A stretch of DNA of 64,000 bases from a virus (lineage: Duplodnaviria; Caudoviricetes): the IMG/VR virus record IMGVR_UViG_3300032132_000748, one strand, 5' to 3'. This document shows, one piece after another, positions 46,948 through 56,208 of this stretch (positions are counted from its first letter, which is position 1; every line of letters starts with the position of its first letter). A program made the translations under genes and the position numbers. The notes under the pieces were generated by a model that saw only the letters and a program-made list of their open reading frames with translations, made no database searches and had not been told where the DNA came from.

Positions 46948-49305
46948 CTAGGCGGCCAGGTCCCGGAGGTAGGTTCCGAGAATCTGCTTTGCAACACTGA
47001 GTTGCAGAGTGGAGTAATCCTGACCGTTGACCCGTTCCACAATCCCTTGGTCCCCGATTGCGCGCTGGAAGGTTTGGGCCTTGCTGAAGATGATGCCCTC
47101 CATGCGGTTGTCGATTGTGGGCACCCCAGATGGTCGGGTTGCCAACAGCTTGATGAAGCTGCAATCGAACTTTTGGCCCAGGCGCAACAACCGACCCGTG
47201 CATTGCTCAAAGTCTGCGGGGGACCAGGGCAGGTCCATGAAGTACGCAACACGGGATGCGAAGAGGTCAACACCGAACCCGCCTGCTGCCACATTGACGC
47301 ACATCAAGCCGGTCTTCCCCGCCTGGAAATCGTCAATCATCGCCATGCGCTTCTTATCGCTCTGGCCTCCCTTGATGATCCCTGCGCCCTTCCAACGCTT
47401 GCCCTGCTTAGTGGTTCCCACCGTGGTCTTGAACCGCGCCACCAGGGCATCGAGCGGGGCATTGAAGGCAGAGAACACAACGACTTGCTCACCCTTCCGC
47501 AACGTGTCCCCCACAATGCGAATGGCGGGCTTGATCTTGCCGTTTGCAGAGTGTTGGCGAAGCATGTTCAGTTGAGCCAGGATGTATCCGCGCTCCGCGC
47601 GCATGATCTTATCTGGGTCGGCACCTTGCCGACCCAGCCAGGCGATGAAATCGTTTTCCACACCCTCGTAATCCTCCCAGTTAGAAAGATCAACCGGTGC
47701 GCGGCCAACCTCGCTGTTAGGTGCATCGAGCCAGACCTCCGGGGTCAACCTGCGGACCATGAATCCGCCCTCACCGACGAGATGTTCCGCAATCTCGACC
47801 TGGTCTTCGGGCTTCTTGTACATCCTCACAAACTCCTTCATCGAGGCCCCCGTCCAGAGACGGCGGGTGATGCGAAGGAGGGGGTGAAGCTCTTTGATCC
47901 GGTTCTTGATTGGGGTTGCGGTCAGAACGATGCTATGCTTTGCATACTCAGCCAGGTAGAGGCACATCTGGGCTCGGGCAGAGTCATAGTTCTTGGCAAA
48001 GTGCCCTTCATCCAAGACCAACACGCGCTGCTGCTTCTCAATCAGATCGCGCAGGAACCACAGCTTTGGAGAGCGGGTTCTGGTTTCTGTGCCATCCCGC
48101 TTTGTGCGGCTGGCCTTGCCTGTGATGCCTTGCAGAGCGTCATAGCTCACAATGAGCACATCATACTTGTGCGCGTCACGGCAGTAGTCGCTGTTCAAGA
48201 CCTTTGTGGTCAACGTTGTAGCTTCTCTGAGCTTGCGTTGCCAGGGGAGGCGCAAAGCGGCTGGAACTACCAGAACGGACTTGCCACCACCCGCTGCCTT
48301 GTTGTGCTTCAACCAGGCGATGTGAGCCGCAAGCTCCCAAGACTTGCCAAGCCCCGTGTCATCGCAGAGGAAGGCACCGGACCCGCCTCGTGTTACGACA
48401 TTGAGGAACTGCATAGCGGCAGCTTGCCACGGGTACAGAGGCTTTTTCAGGAAGGGGTATTCGAGCTGTACGGTGTCATCGTAGTCGAGAAGCTTGTAGG
48501 CTTGGCGACAAAGATCCTTAGCCGCTTCCTCCTCATTGAACCAAGTGATGAACTCCGGGGACATCTCGATGTTGTAGTTTGCACCGATAGCACGGATGGC
48601 CTTGCGGAAGCTCTTGAGCACCTTCAACGCTTCCACGGCAGTGGAGTAGTTGAGAGGGGCGAGCTTCTTAGATGTCTTCTGCTTTTCAGATTCTACGATG
48701 CGCCCCTGCACGCGGCACAGTTCACTTGTCCCACCTTCTGCATCAGGGTCATAGGTGAACATCATCCGAAGATTGGACAGGACCGAGGGCCACTTGATCA
48801 TCATGCGCGTGTTGCGCTCAATGCCAACGTAGATGGTACGTTGTGGATCGCTCTTGGGCTTCGCGGGCTTGACAGGCTTCGATGTAGCGGCTTGTGCAGG
48901 CTTCGATGTAGCGGCTTGTGCAGGCTGTGCAGGCTTCTGCCCCTTCACAGGGTAGCTGGTCCTCACAGCCCTACGTGCGGCCTTACGCACAGCGGTCTTT
49001 GCGTCCCTCCTGTCCTTTCGGTCTGGAAGCTTTGGCAGGTCCCGATGTTGAGGCTTTGGGGCTGCCTGCACGGGCTTCGGCTTCGCAGCCTGAATCGGCT
49101 TTGGTGCCTCCTGTGTTCTGACAGCGCGGCGGGATGGGGTAGCTTCTGCCGGGCCAGCCTTGGCCTTTGTCAGCTTCCTACGTGCCCGCTTCATCGCCTT
49201 GCGGCGATGTTCCAGCGAGCTTCTACGCGGCTTCTTCATCGAGGGGGTGTCCTGTTCAGCGAGTGCATGGCACAAGGGCTCTCCTGCCCTCGATCCACCA
49301 AGCAT
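46948..49305 (-). CDS. SNF2-family helicase/translocase with basic low-complexity N-terminus (start may be 49239)
   Basis: LYPWQ, DDTGLGKS, DEGH, LTATPIKN, GGFGVDL, PWSP...Q..GR..RLGQ. Confidence 0.92.
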   Translation of the reverse strand: MLGGSRAGEPLCHALAEQDTPSMKKPRRSSLEHRRKAMKRARRKLTKAKAGPAEATPSRRAVRTQEAPKPIQAAKPKPVQAAPKPQHRDLPKLPDRKDRRDAKTAVRKAARRAVRTSYPVKGQKPAQPAQAATSKPAQAATSKPVKPAKPKSDPQRTIYVGIERNTRMMIKWPSVLSNLRMMFTYDPDAEGGTSELCRVQGRIVESEKQKTSKKLAPLNYSTAVEALKVLKSFRKAIRAIGANYNIEMSPEFITWFNEEEAAKDLCRQAYKLLDYDDTVQLEYPFLKKPLYPWQAAAMQFLNVVTRGGSGAFLCDDTGLGKSWELAAHIAWLKHNKAAGGGKSVLVVPAALRLPWQRKLREATTLTTKVLNSDYCRDAHKYDVLIVSYDALQGITGKASRTKRDGTETRTRSPKLWFLRDLIEKQQRVLVLDEGHFAKNYDSARAQMCLYLAEYAKHSIVLTATPIKNRIKELHPLLRITRRLWTGASMKEFVRMYKKPEDQVEIAEHLVGEGGFMVRRLTPEVWLDAPNSEVGRAPVDLSNWEDYEGVENDFIAWLGRQGADPDKIMRAERGYILAQLNMLRQHSANGKIKPAIRIVGDTLRKGEQVVVFSAFNAPLDALVARFKTTVGTTKQGKRWKGAGIIKGGQSDKKRMAMIDDFQAGKTGLMCVNVAAGGFGVDLFASRVAYFMDLPWSPADFEQCTGRLLRLGQKFDCSFIKLLATRPSGVPTIDNRMEGIIFSKAQTFQRAIGDQGIVERVNGQDYSTLQLSVAKQILGTYLRDLAA

Positions 49306-49410
49306 ACCATCATGGATGGCAACATGCCAGCATCAAGTTGGAGGGCCTAAGTCCTTTGCTGCCAAGGGGTTGCGTAAGTCCTTACGGGGCGGTCGAACAG
49401 GCCCCGGAGC

Positions 49411-49640
49411 GATGCTGGGCCTGTGCGGCTCCTGTGCTGGGCCTGTGCAGGGAGGGATGTAGGGCCTGTGCGGCTCCTGTGCTGGGCCTGTGCAGGGAGC
49501 GATGCTGGGCCTGTGCAGGGAGGGATGTAGGGCCTGTGCGGCTCCTGTGCTGGGCCTGTGTAGGGAGGGATGTTGGGCCTGTGCAGGGAGGGATGTAGGG
49601 CCTGTGCGGCTCCTGTGCTGGGCCTGTGCAGGGAGGGATG
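49411..49640 (+). repeat. array of ten GGGCCTGTG cores at 22/23-bp spacing
   Basis: Cores at 49417, 49439, 49462, 49484, 49507, 49530, 49552, 49575, 49598, 49620. Confidence 0.95.
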
Positions 49641-49718
49641 ATGAAGGACGCATCTGGTGGCTCGGCTGCGGCTCTCCTAAGCCCTTGCGGGTGCTAGGCT
49701 TAGGGCCGGAGTTGGGGC

Positions 49719-49746
49719 TTGACTCTGCCCCAGGATACAGTATCAT
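49719..49746 (+). promoter_or_regulatory. sigma70-like promoter
   Basis: TTGACT-N16-TATCAT. Confidence 0.6.
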
Positions 49747-49833
49747 GGCGGGACTGTCAAGGGCGGGTCTGAGGACTCCCTGTGACAGCCTCTCATCCAT
49801 CGCGCATCATCTACGCCCAGAAGGACACCCATC

Positions 49834-50676
49834 ATGGTACAGCAACGGACTGCAAAGCCGAAGAAGAAAGCGGCTGCAAAGGCCGGACACAAGCATCGTG
49901 CCGCTGGCACGAAGAAAAAGAAGACCGGGGGCAAGAAGGGCTTGCTCGCAGCCATTGGCAAGAAGCCCACAACAGCCAAGAAGGCCAAAGAGGAAAAGCC
50001 AACCATCACCCTTGAGGATCAGGCTGAAACGTTGCTCGGGTTGCAGCAAGCCAAGGCGGATCTTGCGGAAGCCAAGGGGCGTGTTGCAGAGCTTGAGGCT
50101 GAGTTGCTTCCTGAGATGGAGGAGCACCGTCTTGGGCTTTGTGAGGCTCAGAGCAAGTACATTCGCTCCATCAACGTTCGCGCCACGGGCGAGGATGCCG
50201 ATGGTAACGAGATCAAGGCGGGCCAGGCGCTCTTCTACATCCAGAACCGCTACAGTGCCTTCGACCCCACAGCGCCCTCCACGGATGAGGACGTTATCAA
50301 TGCGGTAGGCGATGAAGCCACAATCCGCGACGAAGCAATCTTCTACATCGCTGCCGCGCTTGAGGTTGAGTGGGATGAGGCAGAAGAGCACTACGACACC
50401 CGCATCGAGGACAAGGTGGTTATCACCTTGAAGGATGGTGCTCTGGAAGATGAGGCCGTCATCGAGGTCCTGCAAGAGCACTTGCTTGAGTGGCTGGTTT
50501 CCACAACCAAGGCCACGCCTACAGAGTCTTTCCACGAGCGTAGCAACTTCATTGAGGAGGACAAGATTGTCATGGCTGCGCTCCAAGACGATGCCAACTT
50601 GTGCAAGCGTTCGAAGGGCACCGTAAAGGCGTCTGGTGCGCCCAAGGCAGCTCGCCGCGCAGTCAAGATCAAGTAA
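49834..50676 (+). CDS. hypothetical protein, Lys/Ala-rich N-terminus and acidic core
   Basis: AAGGA RBS; strong hairpin 50688-50727 downstream. Confidence 0.8.
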   Translation: MVQQRTAKPKKKAAAKAGHKHRAAGTKKKKTGGKKGLLAAIGKKPTTAKKAKEEKPTITLEDQAETLLGLQQAKADLAEAKGRVAELEAELLPEMEEHRLGLCEAQSKYIRSINVRATGEDADGNEIKAGQALFYIQNRYSAFDPTAPSTDEDVINAVGDEATIRDEAIFYIAAALEVEWDEAEEHYDTRIEDKVVITLKDGALEDEAVIEVLQEHLLEWLVSTTKATPTESFHERSNFIEEDKIVMAALQDDANLCKRSKGTVKASGAPKAARRAVKIK

Positions 50677-50741
50677 CCACCAGATCCCGTGAAAGGGGCT
50701 GCATCGCCTAGATGCAGCCCCTTCACGCAATGAGGACCGCT

Positions 50742-51404
50742 ATGGGCTTTTTGACCATCTACCCAGACAAACCGCATGAACGTGACGATAGCAACTTAGC
50801 TAAGTGGGACAAGTCTGGCAAGTACATCTGCCAGCAAAAAGTCGATGGCTGGCGGATGATTCTTCTCATTGGAGAGGATGAGGTTGATTTTGTTTCTCGG
50901 CATGACAAGCTGTTCAGCAACGACATCCAACCGGAACTTTATGCTCAAGCAAGACAGCTATGTGGGATATTTCCTGCTGGAACACAGCTTGACAGTGAGT
51001 GGCTTTCACGACGCTCATGTAGTGTAAGCAACAAGGTCAAGGGCAAGATCCCAGCCAAGCTCATCATCTTTGACATCTTGCGGCTAGGCAAGAAATGGCA
51101 GAAGAGCACGACATACGAAGCTCGGTGGGACATCTTGCTTGAACGGCTAGGTGATATTCCCGATTCCATGCCAGACGTGAGCCTTTCCGTTGTGGCGGAA
51201 CCCGGAACGTTTGAAACCTTCTACGAGGAGCAGCGCAAGATCGCCGTCAGTGAAGGTGTGGTCATCAAGCACAAGAAATCCAAGATGACTGGTGCTCGCA
51301 ATGGATGCATAAAGAACATGCAGCACTACAAAGTCAAGTATCGGGGAGGCAGTGACGGCGAGCAGTCGATGGATCATCTCAAAAAGAGGCCCGCAAAAGT
51401 TTGA
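50742..51404 (+). CDS. stand-alone ATP-dependent ligase adenylation domain
   Basis: Motifs I QKVDGWR, III LDSE, IIIa IFDIL, IV EGVVIK, V YKVK; no OB domain. Confidence 0.8.
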   Translation: MGFLTIYPDKPHERDDSNLAKWDKSGKYICQQKVDGWRMILLIGEDEVDFVSRHDKLFSNDIQPELYAQARQLCGIFPAGTQLDSEWLSRRSCSVSNKVKGKIPAKLIIFDILRLGKKWQKSTTYEARWDILLERLGDIPDSMPDVSLSVVAEPGTFETFYEEQRKIAVSEGVVIKHKKSKMTGARNGCIKNMQHYKVKYRGGSDGEQSMDHLKKRPAKV

Positions 51405-51979
51405 CAATCTGGTTCTATAGCGATCCTCATTTTGGGCACGCAGGGATCATTGATCGCTGCGGACGCCCCTATGACTCTGTACAAGAGATGGATGAGAAGC
51501 TAATCCAGAACTACCAAAAGTGCGTAAAGCCAAGAGATGATGTCTACATTCTAGGAGATGTAGCCATGAAGGGCAGCCACGAGAAGATCCTTCGTCGGCT
51601 GCCAGGTAACAAACATCTCATCGTAGGCAACCACGATTGGAACAAGAATACTCGTATTACGGACTCCCACAAAGAGGCTTTGCGCTCCTGGGGCTACGCT
51701 TGGGTCAAAGACACCCACTTGCTGTGTGTAAAGAATTACCACGGCCCCAAAGATCATCTCTACATCTGGCTTGCACATTACGCGCATCTGACCTGGCCCA
51801 AAAAACACAGCAAAGGTGCCTGGCACCTATTCGGTCACTCTCACGGAAACCTAGAAGGCACTGGACTCTCGACGGATGTTGGGGTAGACTGTTGGGACTA
51901 CGCTCCCGTCAGCCTTTCCCAAATCAAAGAACATCTCAGTAAGAAGGAAAAGCATGGACCGCAACCTTCGGCGTCTTGA
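51401..51979 (+). CDS. calcineurin-like metallophosphoesterase
   Basis: SDPHFGH, LGD, GNHD, FGHSH, DVGVD. Confidence 0.92.
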   Translation: MTIWFYSDPHFGHAGIIDRCGRPYDSVQEMDEKLIQNYQKCVKPRDDVYILGDVAMKGSHEKILRRLPGNKHLIVGNHDWNKNTRITDSHKEALRSWGYAWVKDTHLLCVKNYHGPKDHLYIWLAHYAHLTWPKKHSKGAWHLFGHSHGNLEGTGLSTDVGVDCWDYAPVSLSQIKEHLSKKEKHGPQPSAS

Positions 51980-52229
51980 GCGACGTGCGGCGGCTGAATA
52001 CCTCGATCCCGCAGAACAAGCACATCTTGTCCGACTACAATGTATGGCGTACGGTCACGATTGGGTTGAGGGCTGGGATGACCGGCAAAAGAACATTAAT
52101 AGTCGTGTCGAATACAAAGGGTTCTACTTTCACTGTGGTCGTTGTGACCCTAAAGCGGAACGGCGTATTACCGATATGGATGATCTAGGTGAAATAGACA
52201 TCTCAAAGGGACACGAAGAGGCGGCCTAG
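51954..52229 (+). CDS. hypothetical protein with DxxLRxLER N-terminus
   Basis: AAGGA RBS; MDRNLRRLERR. Confidence 0.65.
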   Translation: MDRNLRRLERRAAAEYLDPAEQAHLVRLQCMAYGHDWVEGWDDRQKNINSRVEYKGFYFHCGRCDPKAERRITDMDDLGEIDISKGHEEAA

Positions 52230-52244
52230 TCTTGTCTGAGGTCT

Positions 52245-52556
52245 ATGGTAAACTCTCATCAAAGAGAGATTCCAATGGCCTCAGTAAAAGTAACTACAAC
52301 CATCGACTGCCAAGTAGCGACCCCCAACGACGCACATAATCTAGGAAAAGAGATTGAGGAGCGGCTTTACACCGCTATCAACGCAATGATGCCAAACTTG
52401 CGCCACAGCCGATTCATCCAAGCAGGTGCAATCAGGTTCTCCTTGGAGATTCAAGGGCGGCGCGTCAACATTAAACGTTCAGGTGAGGGTGGGGCGGCTG
52501 CTCCAAACAGCAAGGGCGAACTGAACTTACAGCTAGAAGGCCAAAAGAAGAAATAA
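52245..52556 (+). CDS. hypothetical protein
   Basis: TAATG coupling to ligA. Confidence 0.6.
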   Translation: MVNSHQREIPMASVKVTTTIDCQVATPNDAHNLGKEIEERLYTAINAMMPNLRHSRFIQAGAIRFSLEIQGRRVNIKRSGEGGAAAPNSKGELNLQLEGQKKK

Positions 52557-54916
52557 TGACAATGACTGCCCTCCCCAAGAAGCTTGAAGCTACGATCCAA
52601 AAACTACGTGAGTGGGAAGATTCCTACTACAACGGAACCCCGCGAGTTCCAGATGCGACGTATGACGAGCTTAAGGATAAGGTAGTCGAGGAACTAGAGA
52701 AGGGCTTTCCAGATCATCCATACCTTGATGAGGTTGGTGCCCCTGTTCCCGATGGTAGCATCTGGCCCAAGTTTACCCATCCAACTGTGATGGGTTCTTT
52801 GCTTAAGGTCGATGACAAAGATCCAGCAAAACGTCTTACAAAGCTCAAAGCTTTCGCAAAAGGAAAGGATGATGACTTCTTTCTTTCGGAGAAGGCAGAC
52901 GGCTGCACCATTGTTGCTTACTACACTGATGGTGTGCTTGATACTCTTGCTACGCGCGGAAATGCAACCGTAGGTGAGGATATCACCCCCAATGCCCGTT
53001 ATTTTGATAATGTGCGGCTCAAACTGGGGGACTTTACTGGTGTTCTTCGCGGGGAGGGCATTATCTGCATAGATAAGTTCAATAAGCACTTTTCAGACAT
53101 GGCAAACCCTCGCAATGCTGCGAGCGGCAAGGCCCGCGATACCAAAAACCCGGACCTAAAACGACACATCACAGTCATGTGGTTTGACGTTATGACTGAT
53201 GACAAAGTGTTTGGAACTTGGGAAGACAAGTTCAAGTTCATTCAAAGCTTTGGGCTTACCACCATACCTTACTATCCCAGCATTACACTAAAACGTGTCT
53301 GGGAGCTTCATAGAGAGTATGACGACTCGAAACGAGCGAAACTTAACTATTGGATTGACGGTTTGGTGGTCAGGGTTTCCAGCATCAAGAAGCATGATGC
53401 GTTTGGTATCACCGACAAAAAACCTAAAGGCTCTCGCGCAATCAAGTTCCCCGCTGTTGGGGTAGAGTCTGTTCTTCTCGGTGTAGAAATCAATCGAGGT
53501 AAGGGTGGTCGCTTTACTCCGGTTGGTTTGATTAAGCCTGTCCAGATCGATGGGACAACAGTTGGCCGAGTAAGTATGCACGGCCCCGACTGGATTGCTG
53601 CTATGGACGTAGCAATCGGAGATGAGGTTGAGGTTGCCAAGGCTGGCGACATCATCCCACAAATTCAGAAGGTTCTCAAACGTTCTGCTAGTCGCAAAAT
53701 AATAGGTTTCCCCACCCACTGCGATCTCTGTCAAATCAAGCTTACTAAAAATGGCGCATACATTGAGTGCCAGAACAAGTCGTGCGAAGGGGAACAATAC
53801 GGAGCCCTCGCAAAGTGGCTTGATAAGACCGGAATCAAAGGCGTCGGTGAAAGCATCTTGCAAGAGCTTCTTACAGATGTTGAGGACGTTGCAGACCTCT
53901 ATGAAGCAGACTACAAAGTCTTTGCTCGGGCGGCTCGCGGAAGCGACAAGCTAGGGAAGAAAATCTACCGAGCAGTGCAACAAACCCGAACTATCGAGTT
54001 GTCAATCTTCCTGAGCGGGCTGCACATTGATTCTTTGGGAACTACTAACGGACAGCGAATTGCAACGCATTTCAAGACTCTTGACGATGTCCTAAAGGCG
54101 TCCCAAGACGATCTTCGCAAGGTAGATGGTATTGCTGCCAATGCTGCCAAGATTGTGGCAGGGTTGAAACGCAAACGTAAGTTGATTGATCGGCTCCAAA
54201 AGCTGCTTGATATTGAAGATGTCACCGAAGGCAAACTCACTGGACTCAGTTTTTGCATCACAGGCACAATGAAGAGCGGCAAGAAGCGCTCGGTAATCGA
54301 AACCTGGGTTAAGAGCCACGGCGGGCTTATCAAGGGGGTGGATAAGAATCTCAGCTATCTTGTTACCGATACTCCCGACAGTGGTAGCTCTAAGAACCAA
54401 AAAGCAGATAAGTATGGTATTCCTAAGATAATGGAAGCCCAGCTTTACCAACTCGTCAACGGTGGTGGTTCTAACCCACCCCCGAAGCCAAAAGCTCGCG
54501 TAGTTGTTCCTTCTGGCCCTAGAAAAGCTGTTCGCATCAAAACCAGCAAGCCAGTACGTATTGCTGTGAAAAAGCGAGCAGGGCTGACTCTTTTTGACGC
54601 TCTAGGGGCTGACACTAGCTGGGTCGAGGTAGAAAGACTTAAAGATGATCGCTGGGCTGTCACCAAGAATGGTATGACTGAGAATGGCGATCCTCAGCTC
54701 AAAAGAACACATCTGGGTTTCTCGGCATGGTCCGACGATGTTGAGGATTTGGATGATGGGTCCAGCCTGCAATCACAGAAACTTCAAGTTTCTTCGCACC
54801 TAAGATGTGGTGATGTTGAGATTCGCGGGTCGAGGATTAGAGCAACCTCCCTCGAAGATATTAAGACCACGCTGAAAAAAATTACATTTGCCGCTTGGTC
54901 AGAAGGGGACCTGTAA
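52556..54916 (+). CDS. ligA: NAD-dependent DNA ligase with BRCT and extra C-terminal domain
   Basis: YYNG.P.V.D..YD, EKADG, TRG..GEDIT, NPRNAASG, DGLV, KAGDIIP, Zn finger, HhH, BRCT. Confidence 0.96.
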   Translation: MTMTALPKKLEATIQKLREWEDSYYNGTPRVPDATYDELKDKVVEELEKGFPDHPYLDEVGAPVPDGSIWPKFTHPTVMGSLLKVDDKDPAKRLTKLKAFAKGKDDDFFLSEKADGCTIVAYYTDGVLDTLATRGNATVGEDITPNARYFDNVRLKLGDFTGVLRGEGIICIDKFNKHFSDMANPRNAASGKARDTKNPDLKRHITVMWFDVMTDDKVFGTWEDKFKFIQSFGLTTIPYYPSITLKRVWELHREYDDSKRAKLNYWIDGLVVRVSSIKKHDAFGITDKKPKGSRAIKFPAVGVESVLLGVEINRGKGGRFTPVGLIKPVQIDGTTVGRVSMHGPDWIAAMDVAIGDEVEVAKAGDIIPQIQKVLKRSASRKIIGFPTHCDLCQIKLTKNGAYIECQNKSCEGEQYGALAKWLDKTGIKGVGESILQELLTDVEDVADLYEADYKVFARAARGSDKLGKKIYRAVQQTRTIELSIFLSGLHIDSLGTTNGQRIATHFKTLDDVLKASQDDLRKVDGIAANAAKIVAGLKRKRKLIDRLQKLLDIEDVTEGKLTGLSFCITGTMKSGKKRSVIETWVKSHGGLIKGVDKNLSYLVTDTPDSGSSKNQKADKYGIPKIMEAQLYQLVNGGGSNPPPKPKARVVVPSGPRKAVRIKTSKPVRIAVKKRAGLTLFDALGADTSWVEVERLKDDRWAVTKNGMTENGDPQLKRTHLGFSAWSDDVEDLDDGSSLQSQKLQVSSHLRCGDVEIRGSRIRATSLEDIKTTLKKITFAAWSEGDL

Positions 54917-54954
54917 ACTAAGTTAAATTTTGTATAATGCCTGGTAGGTGTTAT

Positions 54955-55464
54955 ATGAGACCGGGATATTTGAATAACTTAGGTGATACGTGGTTTGGTG
55001 CCTTTGCAGGCAAGAAGAAGAAGAAGAAGAAGAAGAAGAAGAAGAAGAAGAAACGTCGGCAGAAGAAGAAAAACAAAGCTCAGTCTTCGCCAACACCACC
55101 CCCCACAGATCCAAATGCGCCGGTAAAGGTTTGGCATCCAAAAACAAGGCAAGAAATTCTTCTGCCCCTAGAGACAGCCAAAAATAAGTCAGCGATGCTT
55201 GCCTATTATGTTTCCCTCGGGGGAACTACTACCCAGGTCTCGTCCCAGTTACAACAACAATTTGGGACTAGAGGCTTGCTGCCCTGTGGTCGAGATGCAT
55301 CCCTCTTTTTCGGATCTCTTGTGAGAGACCTGCGAACCAGAAATATCTGGGAAAATGCGTATTATCTCATAACTCACGATCCAGCTTTGCATCGGTGCCC
55401 CAGACCTCAAAGCGAAAAACCTGCCCCATCCGGGGGATCTCACTACAACGGATGGTTCCGTTAA
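54955..55464 (+). CDS. hypothetical protein with poly-Lys run
   Basis: MRPGYLNNLGDTWFG N-terminus; (AAG)13. Confidence 0.65.
   Translation: MRPGYLNNLGDTWFGAFAGKKKKKKKKKKKKKKRRQKKKNKAQSSPTPPPTDPNAPVKVWHPKTRQEILLPLETAKNKSAMLAYYVSLGGTTTQVSSQLQQQFGTRGLLPCGRDASLFFGSLVRDLRTRNIWENAYYLITHDPALHRCPRPQSEKPAPSGGSHYNGWFR
55012..55050 (+). repeat. (AAG)13 microsatellite
   Basis: 13 perfect AAG units encoding Lys. Confidence 0.95.
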
Positions 55465-55494
55465 TATCTCTAATATGTTATTATTAGAGATGAG

Positions 55495-56208
55495 ATGTAT
55501 ACAAATCCCAGGAAGACCTTTGATAAGTGGCACGAACTTATAGACGATATCTGCTTTAATCGAATAACGATTAAGGATGCGGCAGAGAAGTGGGAGATAT
55601 CCCAACCAGCTATTTCTCAGTGGCTTAAAAAGCATCCCTCTATCAAAGCCTACTATTACAGCCGTCCTTGGGTTGTGAGACAGCGAGCTTTACAGTTCTT
55701 ACCGCAAGAATGTTTAGACTGCCAGGATATTATTGATCTTCTTGAAGACGGTAACGGAGATGCAATTTTTGTTAGCTCCCATAACCTTGCGATAGAAGAT
55801 CATCTATCCGAATGTGAAAAATGTAGAATCTATCAAATAGAAAAGCGGTTTGAGGTAGGGATTCCTTATAGGCTGGACTGCCCCTCTATTAACGATCTCT
55901 TGACATATATTGATATAGACGGCGACCAGGATACTATCATTACCCGGCACCTTCTACGATGCTTTCACTGTAAAGCAGAGTTTAGTGGGATAACTTACAG
56001 CCTAGATACCGAAACCTTCTCAATTCTAAGCTTAGCGGAAAAAGAAATAGAATTATATCCGACCAGGGGTTGGAGAGAAGCTTTAAACAGCTCTGAATTA
56101 CTTCAAGAGCTATTAGATGTTGTTGAGTATGGTTGTCGTGCTCCAACGTCTGAAGCAATAAGAGATTATTGCAAATGGTTAGTTTTACGAAGATCGATAG
56201 CGATCTAA
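55495..56208 (+). CDS. HTH protein with two HxxxCxxC zinc motifs
   Basis: TIKDAAEKWEISQPAISQWLK; HLSECEKC; HLLRCFHC. Confidence 0.7.
   Translation: MYTNPRKTFDKWHELIDDICFNRITIKDAAEKWEISQPAISQWLKKHPSIKAYYYSRPWVVRQRALQFLPQECLDCQDIIDLLEDGNGDAIFVSSHNLAIEDHLSECEKCRIYQIEKRFEVGIPYRLDCPSINDLLTYIDIDGDQDTIITRHLLRCFHCKAEFSGITYSLDTETFSILSLAEKEIELYPTRGWREALNSSELLQELLDVVEYGCRAPTSEAIRDYCKWLVLRRSIAI

Noticed and set aside
46711-49350. 879-aa plus-strand ORF
   Set aside because: Antisense shadow of the SNF2 gene in GC-rich DNA; no motifs
49411-49640. CRISPR array
   Set aside because: Intervening sequences are themselves repeated and only 13-14 bp; no cas genes in the window
49160-49800. Overlapping ORFs across the repeat array
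   Set aside because: Repeat-derived low-complexity translations in several frames, no start signals
45833-50777. ORFs 45833-46621(+), 49807-50730(-) and similar
   Set aside because: Antisense shadows of better supported genes
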